Source: an uncultured Gammaproteobacteria bacterium (GTDB lineage Bacteria; Patescibacteriota; Patescibacteriia; UBA1558; UBA10009). Taken from it: a DNA stretch of 64,000 nt. Position 1 is the stretch's first letter. Each line of letters opens with the position of its first letter. Position numbers and translations under genes: made by a program. This document shows positions 27,797 to 37,178 of this stretch, in pieces. The stretch is taken from the NCBI GenBank assembly GCA_964588165.1, contig CAZPMS010000001.1, positions 91,303-155,302 of the forward strand, in the 5' to 3' direction. The notes under the pieces are model-generated. The model saw only the letters and a program-made list of their open reading frames with translations, searched no databases and was not told the origin of the DNA.

Positions 27797-28687
27797 CCCT
27801 CTTAACCTAGCAACCTTATAAATAGCATAACCTAAAACTATAGCCCCTAACCACTGGGCCCAAGAAAGCATATTTCCTCTTAACAAATATTCAAACAGAA
27901 TTGCGGAAAGTGGAAAAGCCATTTCTAAAATTGTAGAAGCTGAAGCTGTAACCCGCTTTAAGCCGTAATAATATAAAAAGATAGCCAAACCGCCGGAAGA
28001 AAAAACAATTATCAAAAAAGTTATTAGCTGATGAACAGTTATTTGATTAACTGCCTGCATGCTTCCTGTGCCTAAAACCACCAACAGCATAATAACTGTG
28101 GTTACGCCGAACCTTAAATAAGTTCCCACTCTAAAATTAATTGCCCGTAGCGCTCGTTTGCCAAAAACGGTAGATGAACCAAAAGAAAAAGCGGCAATCA
28201 ATGAAAACAGGGCAGCCATAGCAGTTTTATCACCGGTTGATAAATTAGGCAGATCAACGCCAAAGGTTACAAAGTAACCGCCGATTATTGCCATTGTTGC
28301 CCAGACAAAAAACTTTTTAGGCAGTTTTTCTTTTAAAACCAGCCAAGCTAAAAAGATGGCAAAAACAGGCTGAAATTTTTGTAACAAGATGACAATTGAT
28401 AAATTGACAAAATGAACATAAAAAAGTGCTTTGGTAATAGCCATAGTGCCAATTGCTCCGCCAAATATGGCTATCCAAACAAATGATCCCCACTCCGCTT
28501 TTTTTAATTTTTTAACTTCTTTAAATTCCTTTATTAAAAACGGCAGCATTATTAAAAAAGCCAAGGCGTGTTCTACAAAAACTACTAAAGGAACGGGCAA
28601 ACTATAAAGTGATGGCCTTAGAACAATACCGTCTAAGCCCCAAAGTACGGCGGCAATGATAATAAATAATGGTGCCAGTTTTTTCAT
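27758..28687 (-). CDS. EamA/DMT-family transporter (10 TM)
   Basis: Two duplicated 5-TM EamA-like halves. Hydrophobic throughout. Confidence 0.75.
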   Translation of the reverse strand: MKKLAPLFIIIAAVLWGLDGIVLRPSLYSLPVPLVVFVEHALAFLIMLPFLIKEFKEVKKLKKAEWGSFVWIAIFGGAIGTMAITKALFYVHFVNLSIVILLQKFQPVFAIFLAWLVLKEKLPKKFFVWATMAIIGGYFVTFGVDLPNLSTGDKTAMAALFSLIAAFSFGSSTVFGKRALRAINFRVGTYLRFGVTTVIMLLVVLGTGSMQAVNQITVHQLITFLIIVFSSGGLAIFLYYYGLKRVTASASTILEMAFPLSAILFEYLLRGNMLSWAQWLGAIVLGYAIYKVARLRGADIADGSQITRR

Positions 28688-28750
28688 AAATTGATGATTA
28701 ATGATTAATAAATGATGATTGCCCGCCTGCCGGCGAGGCAGGATGACTTT

Positions 28751-28813
28751 TTATCTGTGAGTTATTTGCGAAGCATCTGCGGCTCATTAGCGTTATCCGC
28801 GTTAATCCGTGAC
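28751..28813. repeat. 11-bp-phased TATCnGnGA array upstream of the EamA gene
   Basis: TTATCTGTGAG TTATTTGCGAAG CATCTGCGGCT CATTAGCGT TATCCGCGT TAATCCGTGAC. Confidence 0.6.
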
Positions 28814-30046
28814 TAAACCTAAATTTTTTAAAACCTTATCCAGCATGGGTACCCGTTTTTTAAATTTCTTAACTTCCTGTGGCTTAACCCATTTATACTC
28901 GGTATTTTCCCAATCAAGTTTTACTTTGGGCTTCCTTTTCAATTTTATTAAAACCGGATGTACGTGCCAGATCCTGTCTATATCATCTTCTTTTATTTTA
29001 AACGCCTTGCCTCTTTTACAGCTTCTTAGCTGTTTCTTAGGAATACCCAATTCTTCGCAAACTTCTTGCTTAGATTGTTTTAAAATATCATTACCATCTA
29101 AATAACCGCCCACGCTGCACCAATAACCTTGATGAGTGCCAACCCTATCCCCTCTTTTTAAAAGCAAAACCTTGCCATTGCATTCCAAAAAGGTATTTAC
29201 TACTTTTGATTCTTTAAAAGCCAAATATTTGTTAAACCATTTTAAAGTTGAACTAACGACCTGCTTTGAATACCGTTCACTTTTAAAACCGTGATCTGCA
29301 CCTTTGATAATCTTTAATTCTTTAGGATCGCCTAAGAGACTATAAATTGTATAGGCATCTTTAAGCTGTACCCGCCTGTCTTGATTACCGTGAATTATTA
29401 AAACCGGACAATGGATATCGGAAATTAAAAATTTCTTTTGCAAATATGATCTGTCATTAAAATGTTTAGTAGTAACCTTAAAACCTCCTATTTTCCAATA
29501 ATCTTTATTTGATTCTTCAACTTTTTTATCACGATAAAAAGATTTTAAAAGAGCACCAACATTATATAAACTGGAAATGGAAACAACTGATCTTATTTGT
29601 TTATTAAAAACATTGGCACTGACTAATGAAGCAAAGGATCCCATACTATGCCCGGCCATACCAATCCTATTTTTATTTACTTTTGGATTCTTTATAAGAA
29701 AATCTAAAGCTTTTTCTATATCTTTAATAAATTGGCTGGCTAAAACATCTTTATAAGTTCCTCCACTGGGTTTGTGGCCAGATAAAGTAAATCTTAAAAC
29801 TATAAATCTGTTTTTTTCTAAATTATCAGAAATTTTTTTTATTATAGGTGAGTTGTGATTGCCGCTAAAGCCGTGCTGGACTATGACCGTGGGAAACGGC
29901 CCTTTCCCTTTTGGAATATGTAAAACACCTCTTAAGAGGTATCCTTTGTTTGATTTAAAACTGACTTTTTTTTGCATACTCTTTATATTTAACGAAGATA
30001 AGGATTGCCGAGAATAAATTTCTCGGCTACGGAAAAAATTTAACAA
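28802..30046 (-). CDS. Fusion protein: N-terminal alpha/beta-hydrolase (GHSMGSF nucleophile elbow), C-terminal NUDIX hydrolase
   Basis: GxSxG motif plus Asp/His downstream. Nudix box GGYLDGNDILKQSKQEVCEELGI (Gx5Ex7REUxEExGU-like). Confidence 0.65.
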   Translation of the reverse strand: MLNFFRSREIYSRQSLSSLNIKSMQKKVSFKSNKGYLLRGVLHIPKGKGPFPTVIVQHGFSGNHNSPIIKKISDNLEKNRFIVLRFTLSGHKPSGGTYKDVLASQFIKDIEKALDFLIKNPKVNKNRIGMAGHSMGSFASLVSANVFNKQIRSVVSISSLYNVGALLKSFYRDKKVEESNKDYWKIGGFKVTTKHFNDRSYLQKKFLISDIHCPVLIIHGNQDRRVQLKDAYTIYSLLGDPKELKIIKGADHGFKSERYSKQVVSSTLKWFNKYLAFKESKVVNTFLECNGKVLLLKRGDRVGTHQGYWCSVGGYLDGNDILKQSKQEVCEELGIPKKQLRSCKRGKAFKIKEDDIDRIWHVHPVLIKLKRKPKVKLDWENTEYKWVKPQEVKKFKKRVPMLDKVLKNLGLVTD

Positions 30047-30081
30047 AAATCACGAAGCAGAGAAATTTATCCTCTGCATAA

Positions 30082-30642
30082 TTATACGCCAAGCCTATTT
30101 ATAAGCTCAACCTTTGGCCCATTGATTACAGTATATAAAAATTTATCTGTCATATCTTGCCTGATGTTGAATTCTTTAGTGGTTAAATGAGTGTACCGCA
30201 CTTGCAGCCTGTAGGCTCTTTCTAAATCGTTAATAAATTTTTGCAAAACCTCTTTAGAAATCTTTCCTACCAGCAAAACATCGGTTGGCGAATCGTCATT
30301 ATCAACCAACTGGCCGGTTAAAGCCAAATATTTTATGCCGTCTAATTTTTTAACTTTTTGAGCAGCAACTCTTTCGGCCAAAAATTTTGATTTATTAATT
30401 AACGATTTTAATTCATTATAGAGAACAAAATTTTTGTCCAGTGAATAATACTTTTTTTGGTTCTCTGTTTTAGATGTAATAAGTCCAAATTTTTCTAAAT
30501 TATCCAATTCACGCCGAACTGAATTTATCCTTTCCTTAATTTCCCTGGTTATTTCTCTAACAAAAAAAGGGTCTTCTGGATTTTCCAAAAAAAGATATAA
30601 AAGTTTAGTACGTGTTCGTGATCCAAATAGTTGTTCTAGCAT
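30082..30642 (-). CDS. Winged-helix transcriptional regulator-like protein
   Basis: N-terminal TRTKLLYLFLENPEDPFFVREITREIKERINSVRRELDNLEKFGLI resembles an ArsR/wHTH. C-terminal domain unassigned. Confidence 0.45.
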   Translation of the reverse strand: MLEQLFGSRTRTKLLYLFLENPEDPFFVREITREIKERINSVRRELDNLEKFGLITSKTENQKKYYSLDKNFVLYNELKSLINKSKFLAERVAAQKVKKLDGIKYLALTGQLVDNDDSPTDVLLVGKISKEVLQKFINDLERAYRLQVRYTHLTTKEFNIRQDMTDKFLYTVINGPKVELINRLGV

Positions 30643-30663
30643 AAATTATATTGGGTGTAGTTT

Positions 30664-30755
30664 TGGGCATGGAGGCTAGTTATGTTATAGGTAAAGGTTT
30701 AATTCCAAGACCATAGACTAGAACCTAACAAGCCTCTAAACCTACACCAATTAAC
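30664..30755. repeat. ~90-nt intergenic repeat, copy B (inverted relative to copy A at 24372), in a divergent promoter region
   Basis: TTGGGCATGGAGGCTAGTTATG...CTAGAACCTAACAAGCCTCTAAACC. About 85% identical to the reverse complement of copy A. Confidence 0.6.
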
Positions 30756-30797
30756 TTAAATATAGTATAATCACTCCAAAGATATATTACAAGTTTT

Positions 30798-32966
30798 ATG
30801 AGTGTTAAAATCAGTAAACTCCATATTCATGATCCGCACCGCTCCATGAGAGTTGGAGAAATATTGGTACAGCCTGCTTCGGAATCATGTGACTGTGATC
30901 TTTTTATTTTAATTGAATTAGACTCTAATACCCCCGAAGATTTGGAGCTTATCAGGCAATTTTTAGAAATCTGTTACGAAATTTATGAAAAATCCCAACT
31001 GCATCAGGCAGATAAAATTTTAGAAAATATACTGCAGGCTTTAAATGAATACTTGCCGGAAATCGCTCCCAAAAATTTTAACTGGCACAAAAAACTTCAT
31101 GCTTACATAGGCTTAATCTCCGGCAATGAAATTCACTTTTCGGTAATCGGCAAAATAAAAGCTTTTATGGTAAAGCCCAACTATATTAAAGATATTATAG
31201 GAAAAATTCCTGAATCAGATAAATCTGACCTTTTTGATTTTACGGTTTCCGGACAAATTCAGCCCAGCGACAAATTTTTAATAACTACCGAAAGCCTGCC
31301 CAATTATGTTTCTTTAGAAAAGATAAAAAAAATTATTTCTACTCTGCCTCCGCAAAGTTCTATCGCCCATCTTTCTAATATCCTGGAATCTGTACCGCCA
31401 ACTGTTTCTTTCTTTTCTCTAATTATCCAATTTAGCAGCAGCCTTGTAGAAAATGATGAAATACCGAGCAAATCCAGCCGTTTAAAAACGCCGGCAGGTT
31501 CAGAAAATTCCATGACCCAACTTTTAAAAACTCAGGCCGAAACCGAAAAAATATTAAGTCCGCCCTCAATTTTTGAAACCCTAAAGGAAAACTTAAAAAA
31601 GAAATCTAAAGCTCCGGCCCAAAAAATAGCAGTTACCCAAACTAAATCCAGGTCTGACTCAGACGAAAAAAAGAAAAAACTACCTGTTAAAATTACTAAG
31701 CCCGGCAAGTTATCTTTATTTATTAGAGGTATTATAACTACCGGCTATAAAACCGGCCAATTAATAAAAAATTTGTGGCTTTTTACTACACAACAAAAAA
31801 ACCGAAATCAATTTTTAACAAATATAACTAAAAAACTGGCTTCTATAATAAAAAGGTTCAGCAGACTTTCTAAAACAAATAAAGTTTTAATAATTTCTAC
31901 CATTATTTTAATTTTGCTGTTTTCCCAAAGTTTAATTTGGCAAGAAAGAAAAATAGCCAGCCAACGTTTAAATGAAACCTATACAGGCCTACTGATAAAA
32001 ATAAATGAAAAACAAGAAGCCATAGAAGCTTCATTAATCTATAACGATACCATTAGGGTTAGGCAACTAATTGGTGAAATAAATTTACTATTAGTCCAAC
32101 TGCCACAGCAAACCAAAGAACAACAGGCCAAACATCTGGAATTAAGCCAAAAAATCCAAGTGCTATTTGAAAGGGTTTGGAAAGTAACCAATATATTAGA
32201 ACCGGTAACTTTAATTAACTTTAGGGAAATAAATTTAACGGCAGAAATTTCCCATCTGGGTTACAAAGACAGCTTTATTTACGGCTTTAATAATACCAAT
32301 CAGGTTTTTGCCGTAAATGTAAATGATAACAGCACTGTTGTTTTGGATAACTTTAATCTTAAATCAACACTTGCAGCCACTTTCTCTCAAAACAATTCTT
32401 TAATAATATCAACTGATAATAATGAATTTTATTCAGTAAACCAAAATGAACTGCAAAAAATCGCAGTTAGTTTGCCGCCGGAAGTTGAGCAAATAGACTA
32501 TCTGACTTTTTATCTGGATAAAATGTATGCCTTGGATAAAGAAACCAAACAGATTTACCGCTTTAGTTTTGATGGCAATAACTTTGGCCGCACAAGGGCT
32601 TGGATAACCGAAGACCTGCCCATTGATAAAACAGTTTCTATAGCTCTGGATGGATTTATTTACGGCCTGCAGGAAAATGGTGAAATTCTAAAACTTGCCG
32701 GGGGTAAAAGCCAAGGTTTCCCTACTTTGGTAATAGAGCCAAGCCTAAGCTCACCTACTAAAATTTTTACCAATGAAGAAACCAACAGCTTATACATTTT
32801 AGATCCGGTTAATAAAAGATTTGTTATATTTGATAAAAACGGAGAACTTAAAAATCAATTCTTTTCGGAACAATTTAATAATTTAAAAGATTTCATAATT
32901 GATAAAAGCCAACAAAAGGCATATTTACTTAATGGCGCGCAGGTTTTTGTAATATCAATTAAATAG
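30798..32966 (+). CDS. Large membrane protein: cytoplasmic N-terminal domain, one TM (~aa 360), extracellular C-terminal domain. Function unknown
   Basis: ORF track. TATAAT-like box (TAGTATAAT) upstream. Confidence 0.4.
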   Translation: MSVKISKLHIHDPHRSMRVGEILVQPASESCDCDLFILIELDSNTPEDLELIRQFLEICYEIYEKSQLHQADKILENILQALNEYLPEIAPKNFNWHKKLHAYIGLISGNEIHFSVIGKIKAFMVKPNYIKDIIGKIPESDKSDLFDFTVSGQIQPSDKFLITTESLPNYVSLEKIKKIISTLPPQSSIAHLSNILESVPPTVSFFSLIIQFSSSLVENDEIPSKSSRLKTPAGSENSMTQLLKTQAETEKILSPPSIFETLKENLKKKSKAPAQKIAVTQTKSRSDSDEKKKKLPVKITKPGKLSLFIRGIITTGYKTGQLIKNLWLFTTQQKNRNQFLTNITKKLASIIKRFSRLSKTNKVLIISTIILILLFSQSLIWQERKIASQRLNETYTGLLIKINEKQEAIEASLIYNDTIRVRQLIGEINLLLVQLPQQTKEQQAKHLELSQKIQVLFERVWKVTNILEPVTLINFREINLTAEISHLGYKDSFIYGFNNTNQVFAVNVNDNSTVVLDNFNLKSTLAATFSQNNSLIISTDNNEFYSVNQNELQKIAVSLPPEVEQIDYLTFYLDKMYALDKETKQIYRFSFDGNNFGRTRAWITEDLPIDKTVSIALDGFIYGLQENGEILKLAGGKSQGFPTLVIEPSLSSPTKIFTNEETNSLYILDPVNKRFVIFDKNGELKNQFFSEQFNNLKDFIIDKSQQKAYLLNGAQVFVISIK

Positions 32967-33030
32967 ACAAAATAAAAACAGTAGCGACGCATAATTATGC
33001 GTCGCTACGTTATTTTAATTCCAATCGTTC

Positions 33031-33483
33031 TTATTTAAGAGTAACCTGCGCACCGGCTTCTTCTAATGTTTTCTTTATTTCTTCTGCCTCTTCTTTTTTA
33101 GCGCCTTCTTTTACTATAACAGGGGCGCCATCAGCCATATCCTTGGCTTCTTTTAAGCCAAGCTGGGTAACTGCTCTAATAGCTTTAATAACATTAATTT
33201 TACTGGCGCCGGCAGCGGTAAGTTCTACATTAAAGCTGGTTTTTTCTTCGGCGGCTTCACCTTCGGCGGCACCGGCAGGGCCGGCAGCGGCCATGGCCAT
33301 AGGAGCAGCTGCGCTAACACCGAATTTTTCTTCCAAAATTTTAACTAATTCTGAAAGATCCAAAACGGACATTTTTTCAATCTCCTCTATGATTGATTTA
33401 AATTTTGCAGGAACTTCTACATCCTTTTTTTCTTCTGCTTTTTCCTCGGCAGGAGTAGCGTCCTTTTTTTCTTCTTCGGTCAT
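33031..33483 (-). CDS. rplL: 50S ribosomal protein L7/L12 with an unusual ~28-aa acidic N-terminal extension
   Basis: [23 protein letters not shown]...[37 protein letters not shown] matches L7/L12 throughout. Confidence 0.9.
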   Translation of the reverse strand: MTEEEKKDATPAEEKAEEKKDVEVPAKFKSIIEEIEKMSVLDLSELVKILEEKFGVSAAAPMAMAAAGPAGAAEGEAAEEKTSFNVELTAAGASKINVIKAIRAVTQLGLKEAKDMADGAPVIVKEGAKKEEAEEIKKTLEEAGAQVTLK

Positions 33484-33539
33484 AATTTTATTGATTAATT
33501 TTTATTAATAATTGATAATAATTTATCTAGTCTTTAAGT

Positions 33540-33580
33540 CTTTCAATCTTCCAGTCTTTAAAATTATAAAGATTAAATGA
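33540..33580. repeat. 8-bp-phased AAGAYT units in the rplJ-rplL intergenic region (minus-strand AAAGACTGGAAGATTGAAAGACTTAAAGACTAG). Shares an 18-nt block with the rplJ leader
   Basis: GACTG[GT]AAGATTGAAAGA conserved upstream of both rplJ and rplL, read directly. Confidence 0.5.
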
Positions 33581-33623
33581 TTGAAAGATTAGAAGATTAA
33601 ATGATTAATAACTAATGTAATTA

Positions 33624-34151
33624 TTATTCACTTTTTGAATCTTTAATACCATTTAAAACATTTACCAAGCTTCTTAAATTACCGGCCATTACATTAACAA
33701 AGCCAGAAATAGGGGCTGCAATAGTGCCTACGGTTTTGGCAATAAGTTCATCCCTGGAAGGCAATTTAGAAAGTTCTAAAACTTTTCCAGCAGCAATAAA
33801 AGCACCCTCCAAAATTCCGCCATGGATTTTTAATAAATCATTTTTCTTGGAAAAATTTGCTAAAATTTTAGCCGGAGCTACCTCGTCTTGTTTGCCAAAA
33901 GCTAAGCCTAGGCTACCTTCTAATGAATCAACATCAATATCTTTTGCTTCAGCTTTGGCAAGTGCCCTTTTTAATAATGTTTTTTTACAGGCCAAATAAT
34001 CCACATCTTCTTTTCTTAAATCATTCCTTAACTGCTGGCTTTCTGCCACAGTTAAACCGTCAAAACTAGTAAAAACTACTGATTTAGCTTTAGTAAAATT
34101 ATCTGATATTTTTTTTACTTCATCTTCTTTTTGTTGTTTAGTTTTAGCCAT
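33624..34151 (-). CDS. rplJ: 50S ribosomal protein L10. Start at MAKTKQQ
   Basis: Full-length similarity to L10, immediately upstream of rplL in the conserved order. Confidence 0.9.
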   Translation of the reverse strand: MAKTKQQKEDEVKKISDNFTKAKSVVFTSFDGLTVAESQQLRNDLRKEDVDYLACKKTLLKRALAKAEAKDIDVDSLEGSLGLAFGKQDEVAPAKILANFSKKNDLLKIHGGILEGAFIAAGKVLELSKLPSRDELIAKTVGTIAAPISGFVNVMAGNLRSLVNVLNGIKDSKSE

Positions 34152-34185
34152 AATGTTGATTATTAATGAATGACGATTGATAATA

Positions 34186-34246
34186 ATCTTATAATCTTTC
34201 AATCTTACAGTCATATTCAATCATATTATGAAGACTAAAAAGACTG
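34186..34246. repeat. rplJ leader repeats: GACTGTAAGATTGAAAGATTATAAGATT (8-bp phase) plus an inverted copy CAGTCTTCCAGTCTTTTTAGTCTTC
   Basis: Minus-strand reading. The inverted AAGACTGGAAGACT copies flank rplJ. Confidence 0.45.
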
Positions 34247-34445
34247 GAAGACTGCAAGATTTACACAAATTTGATAAATAAAAAAATTCTGCTTACCACA
34301 GAAAATATGTAAAATTAGCCAAAATTAAGGCTTTCTACCTACACTGGTAATTAAGCCCATAAATAACGGACACCAGCGGTCTGTGGCAATATTAGAAATA
34401 TTATAGCAAATAGCTAAAATTAGTCAACCAGGGCCTTTCGAAGGG

Positions 34446-34553
34446 CTATAAAACCTGGCTCATAAAATGTATAACCAAGGCAGCAAAAGCAATAACTGCC
34501 ACTAAGACCAAGGCCACCAAACCTTTGGTTTTTAAAGATTTTAAAATTTTCAT
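34446..34553 (-). CDS. Small hydrophobic peptide (35 aa, MKILKSLKTKGLVALVLVAVIAFAALVIHFMSQVL)
   Basis: Strong SD (GGAGGA, ~10 nt before the ATG) and an upstream consensus-like promoter. Single TM helix. Confidence 0.35.
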   Translation of the reverse strand: MKILKSLKTKGLVALVLVAVIAFAALVIHFMSQVL

Positions 34554-34622
34554 TTTTATTTTTCCTCCTAAAATTTTGATAAATAAAATGCCCCAACTTC
34601 AGGTTGTTGCAAATTTAACAGA

Positions 34623-34650
34623 ATTATATCACTTTTGATGAAAATTTCAA
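34623..34650 (-). promoter_or_regulatory. Promoter TTGAAA-16-TATAAT (minus strand) for the 35-aa peptide gene
   Basis: Near-consensus hexamers read on the minus strand. Confidence 0.45.
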
Positions 34651-34676
34651 GACCCTATGACCTGTGAATAAAAATT

Positions 34677-34838
34677 TTATTTTAACTTTTCAGCTTGCAG
34701 TTGGCTTAACTGGGCCAAAAGCTCTTCGGTGGCATATTTATCAAAAGTTGAGTTCATGAAGTAAATTGAAAAATAGCCAAAAGCCAAAACAAATAAAAAT
34801 GCCAGCATTGGTGAAATTTTTTGTTTAATATAATTCAT
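34677..34838 (-). CDS. Possible small membrane protein (53 aa, MNYIKQKISPMLAFLFVLAFGYFSIYF...)
   Basis: Below the ORF-track cutoff. One TM helix. No RBS evident. Confidence 0.3.
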   Translation of the reverse strand: MNYIKQKISPMLAFLFVLAFGYFSIYFMNSTFDKYATEELLAQLSQLQAEKLK

Positions 34839-34936
34839 ATATTTAGAAATAGAAGGTTAGAATGTCAGGAAGTTAGTAAACTAGCATTCTGACATCCTTA
34901 TTTTAATAATGATTAAAAACTAATAATTAATTAAAG

Positions 34937-34989
34937 GTATCCGCGCGTTATCTGTGAGTTGTCTGTGAACTCTCAGCGTTATCTGCGCA
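34937..34989. repeat. 11-bp-phased TATCnGnGA array (5 units)
   Basis: GTATCCGCGCG TTATCTGTGAG TTGTCTGTGAA CTCTCAGCGT TATCTGCGCAA. Confidence 0.6.
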
Positions 34990-35004
34990 AAAAAATTAAT
35001 ATAG

Positions 35005-36768
35005 CTACCAACTTCCTCCTCCACCGCCGCCAAAACCACCGCCACTAAACCCGCCGCCGCCAAAACCACTGCTTCCGGATGAAGCTGCCTTAGCGCCAGA
35101 AATTGTAGAAGTTGAAATTTTATTAAAACTATTTAAAGAATTAATAAAGATTAAAGAATTAAAGGTGGTAAAGTTGCCTTCATACCAACTTGGCTTAGTT
35201 ACATAAATGTTGGCAAATTCTTTGGCCCATTTTTTCTCTACTCCTAAAGCCATGGCATAAGGCAAATTTTTCTCAAACAGTTCCGGAGTTTTGGTTGGCG
35301 GGTTATGAAATTTGATCCTGTCTTTTTCTGCCACATTTAAATACATTTTAAAACCTTTTATTTCTTGATAGGCTAAAGTTCCTTCTTTAGTTTTATAAGG
35401 CATAAAATGGCCTAGCCAAACTACAATAATGCCGGAAATTATTAATGAAACAATATTAAAGCCACCACCAAAGAAAGGAATAACCACTGCCCCTAAAATT
35501 ATTAAAACAGCAGCTGCCACTATATATAGCCCACGGACTTTTTGCGGTGAAGTTGGAAAAAAATTTTTAGCCACCAATTCCTGGTACATATTTTTCTTTA
35601 ACTTGGGTAAGTGCTTGTGGAATTTATTTTTAAGTTCCGAAATTTTAACAGTTTGGTTCTGGCCAAAAACATTAGCGGCAAAATCCTTTTCCCAAACTTT
35701 AAGCCCGTCAAATTCCTTAAGTTTTATTAACTCCCAATCTTTCTTATCTAATGACTTTATTTTTAGATACCCCCTAACCGCCAAATCTATAAAAGTGGCT
35801 GAAATATCATGCAAGTTAACAGTTTCATCTATTAAAGAGCCAACTTCAGCCGGAGTTAAGCCCCGCGGTGATTCATAAAAAGGAATAATGGATCGTTTTT
35901 TGCCTAAATCCCGGCCATGGTAGTACCACAATAAAATCATGATCAATAAAGTAAGGAGTGGTAAAAGCAACAGTGGATTATCTTTTAAGATCCAACCCAC
36001 TTGAGTGAAAAAATTTGGCTCATCTAAAACGCCCTTAGGCCAGCCCAAAACCACCGTTAAACCCTCATAGGGCTGCATGGTATTAAAAGTTGAATAACCA
36101 ACCTGCGAGTTAGTAACATTGGTAACCTGGCAATCTTTTTCAGTACTGCCCTCTCTACCGGTAAAACACTCGGCCTGTAAAGTAGAAGCTTCTATGCCAC
36201 CAGGCAGTTTTACAATTATGCCCGACCTATCAATCGGCACTTCCCAATTATTACCCGTTACATTCCAGTAAAATTCATCATGCTCATCAAAAAAATTAAT
36301 CACCCTATTTAAACGGTAGCTGATTTTATAAATTTTTAAACCGGTTATATATTTATCCGCATCGCCGATTTTAATTCTTACATCGCCCGATTCCCGGCTA
36401 ACTATGTAATTATACGGCTGCCCCATTTCATCTTTAACTGATATTACTTTAAAACCTACAGTGAACTTGCCGCCCCGAGCCAGATATTTATAAGGTATTT
36501 CCCTATATATGCCGTGCCTCTGGTAATCGCCAAAATTATAGCTGATGGTTTCTGTAACTTCCACGCTGCTATCCTTGTTTATTTTAACTTCCACCTGGAA
36601 ATCATCTATATATTCCGCTGCATACTCCTGGGCCTGCACTTTATTAACAATTCCGGATATTATTTCTTTAGGATTTTGATATTGAATATAAAAATATACT
36701 AAGGCCAAAAGCGATAGTATAGCTAGAACTATAAAGAAAATAAGGAAGCGTTTTTTATGTAATCTCAT
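35005..36768 (-). CDS. DUF2207-like membrane protein: signal/TM, extracellular domain, TM pair, C-terminal Gly-rich tail (GGGGFSGGGFGGGGGGSW)
   Basis: Topology and glycine-rich C-terminus resemble the DUF2207 family. Assignment tentative. Confidence 0.45.
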   Translation of the reverse strand: MRLHKKRFLIFFIVLAILSLLALVYFYIQYQNPKEIISGIVNKVQAQEYAAEYIDDFQVEVKINKDSSVEVTETISYNFGDYQRHGIYREIPYKYLARGGKFTVGFKVISVKDEMGQPYNYIVSRESGDVRIKIGDADKYITGLKIYKISYRLNRVINFFDEHDEFYWNVTGNNWEVPIDRSGIIVKLPGGIEASTLQAECFTGREGSTEKDCQVTNVTNSQVGYSTFNTMQPYEGLTVVLGWPKGVLDEPNFFTQVGWILKDNPLLLLPLLTLLIMILLWYYHGRDLGKKRSIIPFYESPRGLTPAEVGSLIDETVNLHDISATFIDLAVRGYLKIKSLDKKDWELIKLKEFDGLKVWEKDFAANVFGQNQTVKISELKNKFHKHLPKLKKNMYQELVAKNFFPTSPQKVRGLYIVAAAVLIILGAVVIPFFGGGFNIVSLIISGIIVVWLGHFMPYKTKEGTLAYQEIKGFKMYLNVAEKDRIKFHNPPTKTPELFEKNLPYAMALGVEKKWAKEFANIYVTKPSWYEGNFTTFNSLIFINSLNSFNKISTSTISGAKAASSGSSGFGGGGFSGGGFGGGGGGSW

Positions 36769-36844
36769 ATGTTTATTTTAGCATATTTTTGAAGGAAATA
36801 AAAAACCCGCCAATATATGACGGGCTTTATCTGTATAATCTAAA

Positions 36845-37075
36845 TTACTTAAAATTCTTTGGACAAAAAGCGCGGATAATCATCAAACCGGCTAAAACTG
36901 TAATAGCAATGTTTGCCCATGATGGGATCCACCACCAGGTTAAAACGATAATTAAAACTGCCATTATGGCTACGCACCAAAGAGGCTTTGTTTTGGCACA
37001 TTTTTCTTTCATGCCCCCGCCTTGACTTGGTGAGGCAGGATCTGCTTGAGGCATGTTTGGGTTTTCATTTTCCAT
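36845..37075 (-). CDS. Small membrane protein with a conserved TM hairpin (…LIIVLTWWWIPSWANIAITVLAGLMII…) and Cys residues; paralog of 44776..45000
   Basis: Near-identical 28-aa core shared with the ORF at 44776..45000. Confidence 0.5.
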   Translation of the reverse strand: MENENPNMPQADPASPSQGGGMKEKCAKTKPLWCVAIMAVLIIVLTWWWIPSWANIAITVLAGLMIIRAFCPKNFK

Positions 37076-37178
37076 AAATTTTTGGCCCGCTTCGACTCAG
37101 CGAAGCGAGGCGAGTTAATTATTTAATATTTTTTATGAAGTCTGATAGGTTTATTTTAGCATAAGTATTAAAAACAAT

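Noticed and set aside
30798-31900. N-terminal domain of the 722-aa membrane protein as a PP2C/SpoIIE phosphatase
   Set aside because: Only loose resemblance. The metal-binding Asp-rich motifs of PPM phosphatases are not evident.
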